DNA of 64,000 bases, from the IMG/VR virus record IMGVR_UViG_3300042691_045142; one strand, written 5' to 3'. This document shows positions 29,762-38,707 of the stretch, piece after piece. Source of the DNA: an uncultured virus (IMG/VR IMGVR_UViG_3300042691_045142) (lineage: Duplodnaviria; Heunggongvirae; Uroviricota; Caudoviricetes). The notes under the pieces were generated by a model. That model searched no databases and was not told the DNA's origin. It worked only from the letters and a program-made list of their open reading frames with translations. A program made the translations under genes and the position numbers. Position 1 is the stretch's first letter, and the number at the start of each line of letters is the position of its first letter.

Positions 29762-29762
29762 G

Positions 29763-30008
29763 TTATACTATCTCAATATGGCGTCGGTTCCAACAGTCCC
29801 AGACTGTCACACGATCCCAACTACGAGACCAAGTTGTTCTGAACTTATCCCAGCCATGTTGATTATATAGTCGCAAACGATTATCCGTGATGTGTTTCTG
29901 ATCTATTCCGTGTTTCTTGGCCCAATCTTTTAGCAAGGTAGTGGCCTGCGAGTCTCGGATGATCACTATGAATAAGGGCTCAGGGCCCGAGGTTGAGTTG
30001 TAGTGCAT
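29763..30008 (-). CDS. Hypothetical protein
   Basis: 81-aa ORF in operon. Confidence 0.6.
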   Translation of the reverse strand: MHYNSTSGPEPLFIVIIRDSQATTLLKDWAKKHGIDQKHITDNRLRLYNQHGWDKFRTTWSRSWDRVTVWDCWNRRHIEIV

Positions 30009-30011
30009 CAG

Positions 30012-30266
30012 TTAGTGTAAAACAGTACCGGGTGGCCGGACTTCTTGTGCTTCTTCTTTGGGTGCTCTTAGTTGCTGTATGTCTGTGATTATCATCAGCT
30101 CATCGTCGTGTTCGGCCGCAAGCTCTTCGTCTATGCCCACCAGACGCATGAGCCCACCAACATGGACTTCGGTTATCCCAAAGTCTGCTAGAACCAAACA
30201 GATGTTGACCACCAAATCTTTTATCGCTTCTTCGTTTAGTATGTCTATAACGAAATCTTGTTCCAT
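30012..30266 (-). CDS. Acidic hypothetical protein
   Basis: TAAATA at 30276-30281 upstream; ends PPGTVLH. Confidence 0.65.
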   Translation of the reverse strand: MEQDFVIDILNEEAIKDLVVNICLVLADFGITEVHVGGLMRLVGIDEELAAEHDDELMIITDIQQLRAPKEEAQEVRPPGTVLH

Positions 30267-30295
30267 TGTAGTAGTTATTTAATCCGTTTGGGGCC

Positions 30296-30326
30296 AAAAA
30301 AAAGCGGCCCTGTAGGAGCCGCTTTT
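30296..30326 (-). terminator. Intrinsic terminator
   Basis: AAAAGCGGC..GCCGCTTTT hairpin followed by T-run on minus strand. Confidence 0.8.
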
Positions 30327-30344
30327 GTAAGATTGCCGTCGCGA

Positions 30345-30677
30345 TTAAGCTTCGTCAGCCTGTGCTTCAGCCACTTTGGCCTTGGCCTTGGTAGGCTTCA
30401 CAGCCACCTTGACTTCGCCACGCTTGGCTTCTTTGACTTTCTCAGCCAACTTAGATGCCACAGCATATCCAGCATCACCTGCTTGACCCTGCTCTTGCAG
30501 ATACTGCAAGGCCTCAAGTTTGGTCATTGGGCGGGGTAGCTCAATGAGATTGATGTTGGTGCAACCTGCCTTGGTCAGGATCTTGACACGAGCAACCATG
30601 TCGTTTGCAAAACGTGCCTTGGTGACACCATTTTGCGTAGCGGTACCAGCAACGGTAAACAGTTTATCAGTAGCCAT
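30345..30677 (-). CDS. Basic hypothetical protein (possible DNA-binding)
   Basis: K.RFAND..RVK.L.K.G.T.I.LIELP..MTK; K/A-rich tail. Confidence 0.7.
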   Translation of the reverse strand: MATDKLFTVAGTATQNGVTKARFANDMVARVKILTKAGCTNINLIELPRPMTKLEALQYLQEQGQAGDAGYAVASKLAEKVKEAKRGEVKVAVKPTKAKAKVAEAQADEA

Positions 30678-30745
30678 AATATTGCCTTTCAAATGTGATT
30701 AACGAGAAGTTTCAAACTGTGTTATGCTTTTTACAGCATACCATT

Positions 30746-30774
30746 ATTATAGCAAATCCCGGATTATTGGTCAA
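30746..30774 (-). promoter_or_regulatory. Sigma70-type early promoter
   Basis: TTGACC-17-TATAAT. Confidence 0.85.
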
Positions 30775-31087
30775 CCGGTTTCTGCTTCTTTGATTTGCTC
30801 ATTTTGCCAGATTTTGGGCTGGCTGTTTGGGCAAGTTCAAAGCTCTTGACAGCGTGACGGAGCTCGTGCAAGCCCTGGCACACCTGCTCGTACCCACGAA
30901 AGGTACGATCAAATCGTAGTTGATACACATCAGCAAAGGCTCGGAGCCCAATGATGGCATCAGTTTGAGTCATTTGTCCCGACTCAAGATCGTTGACAAT
31001 ATCTCGGATATCATCAACCACGTTCCAACATCTCAAAATGTTTTGTTCCAAATCAAAGTTGGCGTCGGTGAGTTCTTTGTCGGTCAT
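30764..31087 (-). CDS. Hypothetical protein
   Basis: FDLEQNILRCWNVVDD N-terminal motif. Confidence 0.7.
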   Translation of the reverse strand: MTDKELTDANFDLEQNILRCWNVVDDIRDIVNDLESGQMTQTDAIIGLRAFADVYQLRFDRTFRGYEQVCQGLHELRHAVKSFELAQTASPKSGKMSKSKKQKPVDQ

Positions 31088-31209
31088 TTAGATAGTTCCT
31101 GAGTCTGAGTTTTTACTGCTTCGACACCGCGATCCAGGATCTTGGCCACGCCAGAGAATCCCACTGAAGCGATGACGATACCTACGATAACACCTAGAAT
31201 AAATCGCAT
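31084..31209 (-). CDS. 41-aa membrane peptide (not in ORF track)
   Basis: MRFILGVIVGIVIASVGFSGVAKILDRGVEAVKTQTQELSK; AAGGAGG RBS; ATGA overlap with next gene. Confidence 0.7.
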   Translation of the reverse strand: MRFILGVIVGIVIASVGFSGVAKILDRGVEAVKTQTQELSK

Positions 31210-31218
31210 AGTACCTCC

Positions 31219-31917
31219 TTAGAGAACACGCACACGACTGAGTTGGGTAGCATCCGGACGGTGTGCTTTCACGGTACCCTTGATGGTCAACCAAGTGCCA
31301 GTATCGTAGCTTTCACGATAGCTGAAGAACACAGGCTGATTGGTGTCGGTGATGCCAGAAATAAAGTGTACACCATAGTTCTGCGAATACACCGCTCGAG
31401 TGATTTCTACACGGATCTGAACTTTGGCACCCACGTCAGCAAGATAGCCCTTGGAGTGATCAATACGCTCTGATACGGCCAACTCTTTCTTGGCACGCTC
31501 ATAGGCGCCAATCTGGCTGGCTATGACCGCGATGTCCAGACGATCGTTGCTGGTAAACTGATCCTTGCTCACGATGCCGCTGAGACTGCGATCAAAATCT
31601 GACACCTTGCCTTTGAGGGTCTTCAGTGTGAGTTGTTGTGCCAAAAACCCGCGAGCCTCCATGCCCAGTTCACGATCGCTGTCTGAGATCATGTTAGGGG
31701 TGGCCAAGGCTTGTTTGACCAAATCGCGATTGGGTTCTTTGAGCCGAGTCTGCTGTCCTGTGGCGCTGTCTACGTTCCACACACCATCTTTGAAGTAGCC
31801 ACCGTTGATGCGATGGGCACGAGCCGCGGCGCCCCACACAGTTTCTGCGGCGTATTCAGCGACAGGTTGTTGAGGGCGTTTCATGGTGTTACGAGCATAC
31901 GGGCGATAATAATACAT
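31219..31917 (-). CDS. Hypothetical protein with possible C-terminal OB fold
   Basis: C-terminal beta-rich IKGTVKAH..TQLSRV; own promoter. Confidence 0.65.
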   Translation of the reverse strand: MYYYRPYARNTMKRPQQPVAEYAAETVWGAAARAHRINGGYFKDGVWNVDSATGQQTRLKEPNRDLVKQALATPNMISDSDRELGMEARGFLAQQLTLKTLKGKVSDFDRSLSGIVSKDQFTSNDRLDIAVIASQIGAYERAKKELAVSERIDHSKGYLADVGAKVQIRVEITRAVYSQNYGVHFISGITDTNQPVFFSYRESYDTGTWLTIKGTVKAHRPDATQLSRVRVL

Positions 31918-31949
31918 GGATTGGGCTCCTGCTTTTTTACTATACCTAT

Positions 31950-32003
31950 ATTATAGCAAAATGGCTATTTCTGGTCAACCTCTTTAAGTTAGTGCGTACT
32001 AAC
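31950..32003 (-). promoter_or_regulatory. Sigma70 promoter plus palindrome GTTAGT-GCGT-ACTAAC
   Basis: -10 at 31950-55, -35 at 31973-78, palindrome at 31988-32003. Confidence 0.85.
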
Positions 32004-32156
32004 CTTGTTTTGGTGCCGGAACTCGCGCTTGAGCCAGTACTTGTACTGCCGGAAATACTCTTGCTGAGTATAGGGCAGTTGATGATAGTTCGAACGCTCA
32101 TCACAGTTGCGGAGCCAAAGTTCGTGTAACCATCGTCGGAAATCAGTTGTTTTCAT
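31989..32156 (-). CDS. 55-aa hypothetical protein (not in ORF track)
   Basis: MKTTDFRRWLHELW..YKYWLKREF..KVSTH; stop lies in palindrome. Confidence 0.65.
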   Translation of the reverse strand: MKTTDFRRWLHELWLRNCDERSNYHQLPYTQQEYFRQYKYWLKREFRHQNKVSTH

Positions 32157-32347
32157 TTACGACCTTCGTTTAGGATAGGAGAAAAACGACCAAGAAAACT
32201 TTCTACCCAACAGGAAAAAGTACGACATTCATTGACGTCGTCTTGTTCATAATGGACCCAGGTGTGTCCATCAACTTCAATCACGTTCATGACATGGAAT
32301 ACATTACCATCACTGCTGGACCAACGAGTGCCTTCTTTGACTTGCAT
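32153..32347 (-). CDS. Hypothetical protein
   Basis: AGGAGAGG RBS. Confidence 0.65.
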   Translation of the reverse strand: MQVKEGTRWSSSDGNVFHVMNVIEVDGHTWVHYEQDDVNECRTFSCWVESFLGRFSPILNEGRK

Positions 32348-32359
32348 ACCTCTCCTTTC

Positions 32360-32692
32360 TTATCTAATCTTTACTTCGTCCTCTCTTGCGCGGTCACTGT
32401 GGAAACAATGACCTATCCGTCGGATAGTGTCAGCGGCCACCTGCGGGTTGGCTTCAAACATTTCACGGATGTCTTCCGCTGTGATACCATCAGTGGCATT
32501 GAAAAAATAGATTTCATAATGCCTCTGCATATTATACTGGGCTCTGAGCTTAAGGTGCATCAGATTGGGAATATTGACTGTGGCAGATTCGCCCTTGAGT
32601 GCCGCCCAGGTACGACTCTGCTCGGCCTGGGTGACATCACCGATGTACTCCAACCCATTACAATCCCACATCACGACAAACTGATGATCCAT
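32360..32692 (-). CDS. Hypothetical protein
   Basis: MWDCNGLE..LRAQYN.QRHYEIY motif. Confidence 0.7.
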   Translation of the reverse strand: MDHQFVVMWDCNGLEYIGDVTQAEQSRTWAALKGESATVNIPNLMHLKLRAQYNMQRHYEIYFFNATDGITAEDIREMFEANPQVAADTIRRIGHCFHSDRAREDEVKIR

Positions 32693-32694
32693 GA

Positions 32695-33171
32695 TTAGCT
32701 TCCTGTACTCAGCATCAAGGTGCTGGAATCTTCATTGCTGGGTGTAAACCGCTCAATGAAAATGTGATGACTATCACCGCTATCAATGATGGCCGCATTG
32801 GCCGCAATATATAACGCAGTCCAGGTAGCACCAACAATGTCTTTGGTCACAGGCTTGCCCCAATGGTCTTTGTAGTGAACTTTGGTGGCTTCAAAAGGAT
32901 GACGATCGTTAAGATCATTGACTTCGTAGATGCTCCAGATTGCTCGGAGTCCGTTGAGTCGTTGCACTTCTTCGTAGTGATCAGATTTAGTTTTGAATGC
33001 TTGATCGTCTTGCCTGTAGGCACCAGCCAGACTGTCTCGCAAGGTTTTGATAATGACGGCTAGTTGCACTCCTTCGGAAGTGCTCATTCGTTGAGTCATG
33101 CAATCCAGCTCCCAAAGGCCATTGTGCAGTTTCTTAAACTCGTCAGCTGTCAGCGTCACATCACAGTTCAT
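32695..33171 (-). CDS. Hypothetical protein
   Basis: TW..LY.AAN..I.DSGD.HHIFIE.F..TGS; AGGAG RBS. Confidence 0.7.
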   Translation of the reverse strand: MNCDVTLTADEFKKLHNGLWELDCMTQRMSTSEGVQLAVIIKTLRDSLAGAYRQDDQAFKTKSDHYEEVQRLNGLRAIWSIYEVNDLNDRHPFEATKVHYKDHWGKPVTKDIVGATWTALYIAANAAIIDSGDSHHIFIERFTPSNEDSSTLMLSTGS

Positions 33172-33191
33172 ATCAACTCCTGGTTAAAAGC

Positions 33192-33278
33192 ACTGGTTTT
33201 TCTTTATAGTCTATAACCAGTAAAAATAGACTGCAAGTTTCTGGGGTATCAAGGCTCCCCAAGGACCGCACGGCCCCA
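33192..33278 (-). ncRNA. Candidate structured cis-RNA: two GC-rich hairpins followed by an H-type pseudoknot
   Basis: Two perfect interleaved 7-bp stems at 33192-33232; GGGGCC/GGTCCT and GGGG/CCCC hairpins upstream. Confidence 0.55.
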
Positions 33279-33286
33279 TTACAGCC

Positions 33287-33631
33287 TTAATCTAGCCGGC
33301 TACCTGCGTAGGCACGGAAACCATATTTCTCAAAAACCTTTGCGGCCGCATACGCACCGGCCTCTTTGGTGTCCACATTCTGGGCACCATGTTCGCTGGG
33401 GTTCCAGATCGAGAAACATTTCTTGTAGTCTGAACGATCGACGCCAGCGGCCTTGAGCATCTTGCCCAACTTGGTGTTGCCTTTGATGCCATAGATATCA
33501 ACCCAGGCAAACCCACAAGCAAACTGATCTTGCCCGTTGAGTTTTTCTTGGAAAAACTTGTCTGCGGCCTTTCGGGCTTCTTGACGAGCTTCTGTTACGA
33601 TAGCATTGACTTGCTCTTGAGTGTATTCCAT
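33287..33631 (-). CDS. Phage hypothetical protein (CGFAWV family)
   Basis: ACGFAWV..Q..D.KEAGA.AAA..F..YG..AY..SRLD. Confidence 0.75.
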   Translation of the reverse strand: MEYTQEQVNAIVTEARQEARKAADKFFQEKLNGQDQFACGFAWVDIYGIKGNTKLGKMLKAAGVDRSDYKKCFSIWNPSEHGAQNVDTKEAGAYAAAKVFEKYGFRAYAGSRLD

Positions 33632-33635
33632 ATCC

Positions 33636-33693
33636 AACTCCTTTTTGTTTACTATACCTATATTATAGCCAAAATAGCAGTTTCTGGTCAACC
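33636..33693 (-). repeat. 58-bp promoter-plus-RBS repeat, copy 1
   Basis: Identical to 34366-34423; TTGACC-18-TATAAT..AAAAAGGAGTT. Confidence 0.9.
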
Positions 33694-33918
33694 TGCTTTT
33701 TTCAGGGCAAAAAGTGTAGCATCTATGCTGTTGCGAAAATACAACACCAGGCGCATGTCTGCTCTACGGCCTTTTCTGCGCCAATCAGGGCTGTCAAGCA
33801 GGCGATAGAACCAACGACGGTCCGCTTGAGTACCACTAGGGCCAAACAGATCAGTGGCCAACTCAACATCCGTGTTGCCGATGGTCCACATTCCGCAGTT
33901 GATCCTAGTGTTTTTCAT
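33688..33918 (-). CDS. Hypothetical protein
   Basis: 76-aa ORF coupled to upstream gene. Confidence 0.55.
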   Translation of the reverse strand: MKNTRINCGMWTIGNTDVELATDLFGPSGTQADRRWFYRLLDSPDWRRKGRRADMRLVLYFRNSIDATLFALKKAG

Positions 33919-34361
33919 TCTGAAATTTTTTCCAATGCTTGGCTGAGGATCTCAAGATCACCACCATACTGTTTGACATACCAGACGCCCTGATCCATAA
34001 TGTAGGCATACTCGGCACCACAACCGTTGAAGAAATCTAGAAATGCATCATAGGAATGAAACACCTTGTAGTCCACGCCTGCTTCGCCGCGATCACGACC
34101 GTAAAATGTGGTCATCTCACCGTAGAGCCGATCGTATTCCTCCGAGGACATTTTAGTTTCAAACTGGCTAAAGGCATGCTTCTCACCAATCTCGGGGCGC
34201 AGGCTGGAAATATCTCCTAGGCTGACCAGATGATTAGCCTTGGCCGAATCATAGTGTTCCTGTAGGATAGCACCATTATGATCCAAGTAACCATCCCAGT
34301 GGCAGTAGACTGCCTTGCAAACATCGCCGTGCATGACACCGATAACAGAACGAGTAGCCAT
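33915..34361 (-). CDS. Phage hypothetical protein (YCHWDGY family)
   Basis: MATRS.I..VYCHWDGY....G..L..HY. Confidence 0.75.
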   Translation of the reverse strand: MATRSVIGVMHGDVCKAVYCHWDGYLDHNGAILQEHYDSAKANHLVSLGDISSLRPEIGEKHAFSQFETKMSSEEYDRLYGEMTTFYGRDRGEAGVDYKVFHSYDAFLDFFNGCGAEYAYIMDQGVWYVKQYGGDLEILSQALEKISE

Positions 34362-34365
34362 CTAA

Positions 34366-34455
34366 AACTCCTTTTTGTTTACTATACCTATATTATAGCC
34401 AAAATAGCAGTTTCTGGTCAACCGGAGTTTTTACGCTAAGTTAGTGGGCACTAAC
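34366..34455 (-). repeat. 58-bp promoter-plus-RBS repeat, copy 2, with palindrome GTTAGT-GGGC-ACTAAC
   Basis: 34366-34423 identical to copy 1; AAGTTAGTG-GG-CACTAACTT at 34438-34457. Confidence 0.9.
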
Positions 34456-35400
34456 TTTGTAGAGCGGGCAGATTTGGGGGCTGTACAGCAGGATTTCAGT
34501 GGCCGCTTTGGCTTCACGTTTTTTCTTGGTAGTGCCACCTTCTTCTACTTCTGTGGTAGCTCTACGACCTGCGGTATAGGTAATGGGATACTTGGCCAGG
34601 CCCAGATGACCTTGGCGGCTGGTATAAAAGTCATCGTTGGTATCACGGCCACAGTACATCACAGTATGGCCGGCTTGATCTGAGGTCTTACAGAAGTCGA
34701 TCAAATCTGTGTGATCTTGATTGGTGAAGATCTGGCCATACTGCGTGAAAGAATCACGATAAGGTGGATCAAAGAAAAAGAACGCCCGCTCGTCGCCCAC
34801 ATCAACACACTGGCGCCAGTCTCCTGAGTGGATATCTACTCGTTGCAGGAACCGATGCCATTCATTGACATTGTCAATGTCGTAGACCTTGTCCTTGTGA
34901 TTGAGCAGGCCCGAAGGAGTACAGAATCTACCCTTGGCTTCTTTGGTCGACTGGAAGATGCCGTTGAAGGCAGTCTTCATCAAGAAGTACAACACGGCGC
35001 TTTCTTTGGTCGGCGACCATGTGGGATAATCTGTGATGTACTGTTTACGCACATCGTAATAAAAGCTCTTGCGGCTGGCCTTGTCCATGGGCAGATACTG
35101 ATTGCACAGCGCATCGCACTCGGACACAAACAGTGCCAGATCAGATTTGATAGCACGATACAGGCCCACGATTTCAGGATTGACATCGTTGAGCACAAAT
35201 CGTTTGATCCCTGGGTTGATCTGATTCATATGGATCATCATGGCGCCACCGCCAAAGAATGGTTCCACAAACACATCATAGCCTGAGGTAGGTATTCCAG
35301 GATCAGCAGTGTACTTGGGGATCATCTTGGTCTTGCCACCTGCCCACATATACAAAGGTTTCATAGTCATATTTACTGTTGTTATCGTTTCAAGAAACAT
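34441..35400 (-). CDS. D12-class (Dam-like) N6-adenine DNA methyltransferase
   Basis: WAGGK, VEPFFGGGA, LND.N, FNG and DPPY motifs in alpha order. Confidence 0.92.
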   Translation of the reverse strand: MFLETITTVNMTMKPLYMWAGGKTKMIPKYTADPGIPTSGYDVFVEPFFGGGAMMIHMNQINPGIKRFVLNDVNPEIVGLYRAIKSDLALFVSECDALCNQYLPMDKASRKSFYYDVRKQYITDYPTWSPTKESAVLYFLMKTAFNGIFQSTKEAKGRFCTPSGLLNHKDKVYDIDNVNEWHRFLQRVDIHSGDWRQCVDVGDERAFFFFDPPYRDSFTQYGQIFTNQDHTDLIDFCKTSDQAGHTVMYCGRDTNDDFYTSRQGHLGLAKYPITYTAGRRATTEVEEGGTTKKKREAKAATEILLYSPQICPLYKVSAH

Positions 35401-36230
35401 TCCACTAGCTCAGTGGCGATCTGTGCATTGCCAATACCTTCCTGGAGCATATCCAACACAATGTCGTGTGCTTCGGGCTTGTCATCTTTGGGGATACGGT
35501 GCCACACAGGATAAAGAGGATCTGTAGGATCCTGCGCAAACTCACTGAACTGGCGCTCAACTAGAAGTCGCTGTTCTACTGCGACCAAGCGGGCCTGTCG
35601 CTGTTCAGGAGTTTCTGCTTCAAACAAGTTGTCAAAGTTATTAACCAGGCGCTTGTTGATGTAAGGGCGGATCTGATCAAATGTCAAGCCAAGATCCAGC
35701 ACACTATTCATCACACTGAAAATGTCTTCTTGGCTGAACCCAGTGGGCGCATAATAAAACACACAGTCGGCACCGTTGATTGCGCTCATGGTCTTGCCAA
35801 ATGCATGTAGCACACCACCAACTTTTGCGCCCTCGCCAGTCATGAATGTGATGTACTTGGCATCTGGCCATAGTCGATTACACAGCAGATAGTTTTTGTT
35901 CCAACGTTCGATAGCGTTGCCGCCATCTTGTTGGTGTTTGGCTTCAAAAGCCACTTTGAGAGTGCGAGTCTGTCCACGAGGTGCATCAAACCACATGCCG
36001 CCATCAGGCATGCAACCTATCTCAACTCCGCGTTCTCGCATTTCTGGAATGGCGGCTTCAATCACTGTTCGATGACTAAACTTGGTTTCGTCTAGACAGC
36101 GATGCCCGGATTCGTAGAAATATCGATTTTGGGCTTGAGCGATGGCTTCGGCGATGACTTTGACGTCACCGTCCAGTTGCTTGCTCTCAGCACTGCCTGC
36201 TTCTGTGCCTTTTTGGATTCCACCTGCCAT
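35382..36230 (-). CDS. EcoRI-like PD-(D/E)XK restriction endonuclease
   Basis: PDGG..EAKHQ..GNAIER..KN, matching EcoRI catalytic and recognition motifs. Confidence 0.8.
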   Translation of the reverse strand: MAGGIQKGTEAGSAESKQLDGDVKVIAEAIAQAQNRYFYESGHRCLDETKFSHRTVIEAAIPEMRERGVEIGCMPDGGMWFDAPRGQTRTLKVAFEAKHQQDGGNAIERWNKNYLLCNRLWPDAKYITFMTGEGAKVGGVLHAFGKTMSAINGADCVFYYAPTGFSQEDIFSVMNSVLDLGLTFDQIRPYINKRLVNNFDNLFEAETPEQRQARLVAVEQRLLVERQFSEFAQDPTDPLYPVWHRIPKDDKPEAHDIVLDMLQEGIGNAQIATELVECFLKR

Positions 36231-36257
36231 GTTAGACCTTTTTCATGATAGAACTAC

Positions 36258-36310
36258 AGTATAACACAAAAGGACTTTTTGGTCAACCGCTGAAGTTAGT
36301 GAGTACTAAC
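36258..36310 (-). promoter_or_regulatory. Sigma70 promoter plus palindrome GTTAGT-GAGT-ACTAAC driving the R-M pair
   Basis: TTGACC(36281-86)-17-TATACT; palindrome at 36295-36310. Confidence 0.8.
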
Positions 36311-37316
36311 CGAGATCTTCGGTGATTCCGCGCCACTGATGGATCTTGACTTTTGTACCGTTGTGTTTCCACCCACGTCCAGTCCAGTCCGCTCGCCCCA
36401 TTCCACTATTGGGCCAGGGTGCATCAATCATCACTTCGTACTCACCTTTGCGTACTGGTTTGATATCTTTGTCAAACCAATCTGTGACTTGAAATGGTGC
36501 AATGATTTTGTCAAGTTCTGCCACGGGATCCCAGGTCTCAGATGTACAGGCGCTGTCAGGAAAGTCAATGGGATTGTCTGTGCCGGTTTCGTGTGGCTTG
36601 GGCCATTCTAGTTGATCTTCAGCATCTTCATCTTCTTTGTCATCGCTATGCACACCTTCGTAAACTTCTTCAGTGTCACCGACGATGATCCACTTGTTTT
36701 CACCCCACTTGCCGGTGGTAGAGTAATCGTTGTTTTCTAGGTCTTCACCATCATATTCTATACCATTGACGATGTACCAACCGTCGGCATCGCTGTAGTT
36801 GAGCTTGATTTTCTTGGGATCAAATGGTTGCTTGAGCTCGAGATCTGCGCCAAATAACAGACCTTTTTCTCCTTGGCCGCCCCAGAACACTACAGTACCA
36901 TCTTCGTAATCGTTGATGTATTCTGACTCCCAACAATGTACTTCGATGCCGTGTTTCTCTAGCTCTTCTGGATCTAGACTGCATTCAAAAACTGTATTGT
37001 TGTTCTCGTCATAGATGGTCAAGCAGTTGGCAGAATCTAGTGTGGCACCACTGCACTGGATCGCATTATGCCCATCATAGGGAGCACCAGGGGGAAACGG
37101 ACGCAGATCGTCGGGCACAAATTCCCATTTGTCATCGTCCCAGTCGCTGGCGTATTCTTCTAGATCGATCTTGTGTTGTTTGAAGAAGTCGTAGATTTTA
37201 CGATCCACTTTTCCAAAATACACTTCACCACCATACGCACCTAGTTGTAGATTGTAAGTGCGTGGTGTCCACTTTAGTGTGTCAATGAGTTCTTGCTTTT
37301 GTTTCTTAGTTGCCAT
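36306..37316 (-). CDS. Acidic hypothetical protein
   Basis: Long ORF; C-terminal TDWF....KPVRKG.Y..W.G..W...WRG domain. Confidence 0.75.
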   Translation of the reverse strand: MATKKQKQELIDTLKWTPRTYNLQLGAYGGEVYFGKVDRKIYDFFKQHKIDLEEYASDWDDDKWEFVPDDLRPFPPGAPYDGHNAIQCSGATLDSANCLTIYDENNNTVFECSLDPEELEKHGIEVHCWESEYINDYEDGTVVFWGGQGEKGLLFGADLELKQPFDPKKIKLNYSDADGWYIVNGIEYDGEDLENNDYSTTGKWGENKWIIVGDTEEVYEGVHSDDKEDEDAEDQLEWPKPHETGTDNPIDFPDSACTSETWDPVAELDKIIAPFQVTDWFDKDIKPVRKGEYEVMIDAPWPNSGMGRADWTGRGWKHNGTKVKIHQWRGITEDLG

Positions 37317-37453
37317 GATTTGCCTTTCTATCAAATAGATGTGGTATCCATCCTGCCAGGGCCACTAGCCAGCCATACACTGCAGATGTGTCCCAATATA
37401 AAAACATATTGATCGCACATGCGGCAACAATCAAGATTGTAAGATACTTCATA

Positions 37454-37699
37454 TCAACTCCATTTCATTGTAAATGCCAGGTAATCACGTTCGTTATCAA
37501 AATAAAAGATATACCTACCTGGGCGTATATCTGAACTCACATCTACCACTTGCCAGCGCCAATCATTTTGCATTTCACTCTTGCACCAAGATATGATGTC
37601 GTCAATACCACCAAAGGGTTTTGATATCTCCTGGGCGTGTAAAAAACTTTCCTTGGTCCTGTGGTCTATTTCAATGGGTGGCATCAGCGATGTCAACAT
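37454..37699 (-). CDS. Hypothetical protein (probably leaderless)
   Basis: WCKSE...DWRW..PG.Y.FYF; promoter -10 lies 7 nt from ATG. Confidence 0.6.
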   Translation of the reverse strand: MLTSLMPPIEIDHRTKESFLHAQEISKPFGGIDDIISWCKSEMQNDWRWQVVDVSSDIRPGRYIFYFDNERDYLAFTMKWS

Positions 37700-38117
37700 A
37701 CTTTGTATTATAAGGATCTTGTGGTAACTGGTCAATGGCTTGATCCAAACACTCAAAATCCAGATTCCAGTCGCGGTACCCTTGTTCGATCACGTCGAGA
37801 TATCCTGCACCCGGAGATCCCGTCAACGGTGGGTTCATGATATAGGCCATGAACTCGCGACCGTCCTGTGCTAGAATACGTTTGGTATAATAATCAGGAT
37901 ATCCTTCAAATGCGTCAAGGCTGAGCTCACATTCTTCGGTGATACGCCACAGAGCACCTTCGACTGTGCGCCCAGGATGCGGACGGATGGTAGCATGATG
38001 GGCAAAATCCAAGCACCATCCACGCAGAGTAAATGCTTGGTATGGTACAGCTCGGGGACAGCGTAGGCTCATGCTGACCTTGTTTAAGTTGGCTCCGTAG
38101 GCAAAATACAGTTTCAT
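37671..38117 (-). CDS. Gamma-glutamylcyclotransferase (AIG2-like) family protein
   Basis: YFAYGANL..RCP..V.G.LW..LDAFEGYP..Y. Confidence 0.85.
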   Translation of the reverse strand: MKLYFAYGANLNKVSMSLRCPRAVPYQAFTLRGWCLDFAHHATIRPHPGRTVEGALWRITEECELSLDAFEGYPDYYTKRILAQDGREFMAYIMNPPLTGSPGAGYLDVIEQGYRDWNLDFECLDQAIDQLPQDPYNTKYVDIADATH

Positions 38118-38470
38118 TTAGATTCTGTGGTCTGGTATGCTTGAATGTATCGAGTCCAGTAATCCATACCTGATAGGTTAGCGTAAAGTTTATACCAGTT
38201 TAGCATGCCCAGCATGTAGGCTTGATAGAGTTCCATGCCCATGACCAACTGAGGAGGAATACCACCTGTGCATATCATATTATTTTCCTTGTTCATCTTC
38301 GATCCTTGTAACAGATTGGATTTCGATACTGTGATTGTATCGCCATCTTCGTTTAACTTCGGCCTCAGCTGACTCAGCCGAAGGTGCTTCTACTACTTCT
38401 TTGCGTACTATCCAAAATTCTCTAGGTGGACAGCAGTTGCGTTGTTCTTGTCTGAAAGCCACAGACCATT

Positions 38471-38707
38471 TCATAGATATCGCTTGCGAATCATGGCCTT
38501 GCATTTTTCCGCATCGCGTTCGTAAAACACATGATTGTCGGTGACACCAAAATAGTTGCAGAAGGCCTGGCCAAATCTCTGATCTTTCATCGCATCAAAA
38601 ATAAAACCATGACACCAACGATCAAAACTTTCCTGTGTCAAGGGTTCTTGCGCTGTTCTTCCATGCTGTGCCAACATGAGTTCTCGCACCAGGTGCTCCA
38701 TGCTCAA
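38471..38707 (-). CDS. Hypothetical protein
   Basis: R.GQAFCNYF motif; coupled ORF. Confidence 0.55.
   Translation of the reverse strand: MSMEHLVRELMLAQHGRTAQEPLTQESFDRWCHGFIFDAMKDQRFGQAFCNYFGVTDNHVFYERDAEKCKAMIRKRYL

Noticed and set aside
33192..33232. preQ1-I riboswitch call for the pseudoknot
   Set aside because: The topology and A-rich tail are similar, but I cannot match the preQ1 loop consensus, stem 2 is fully paired without ligand, and no queuosine genes are adjacent.
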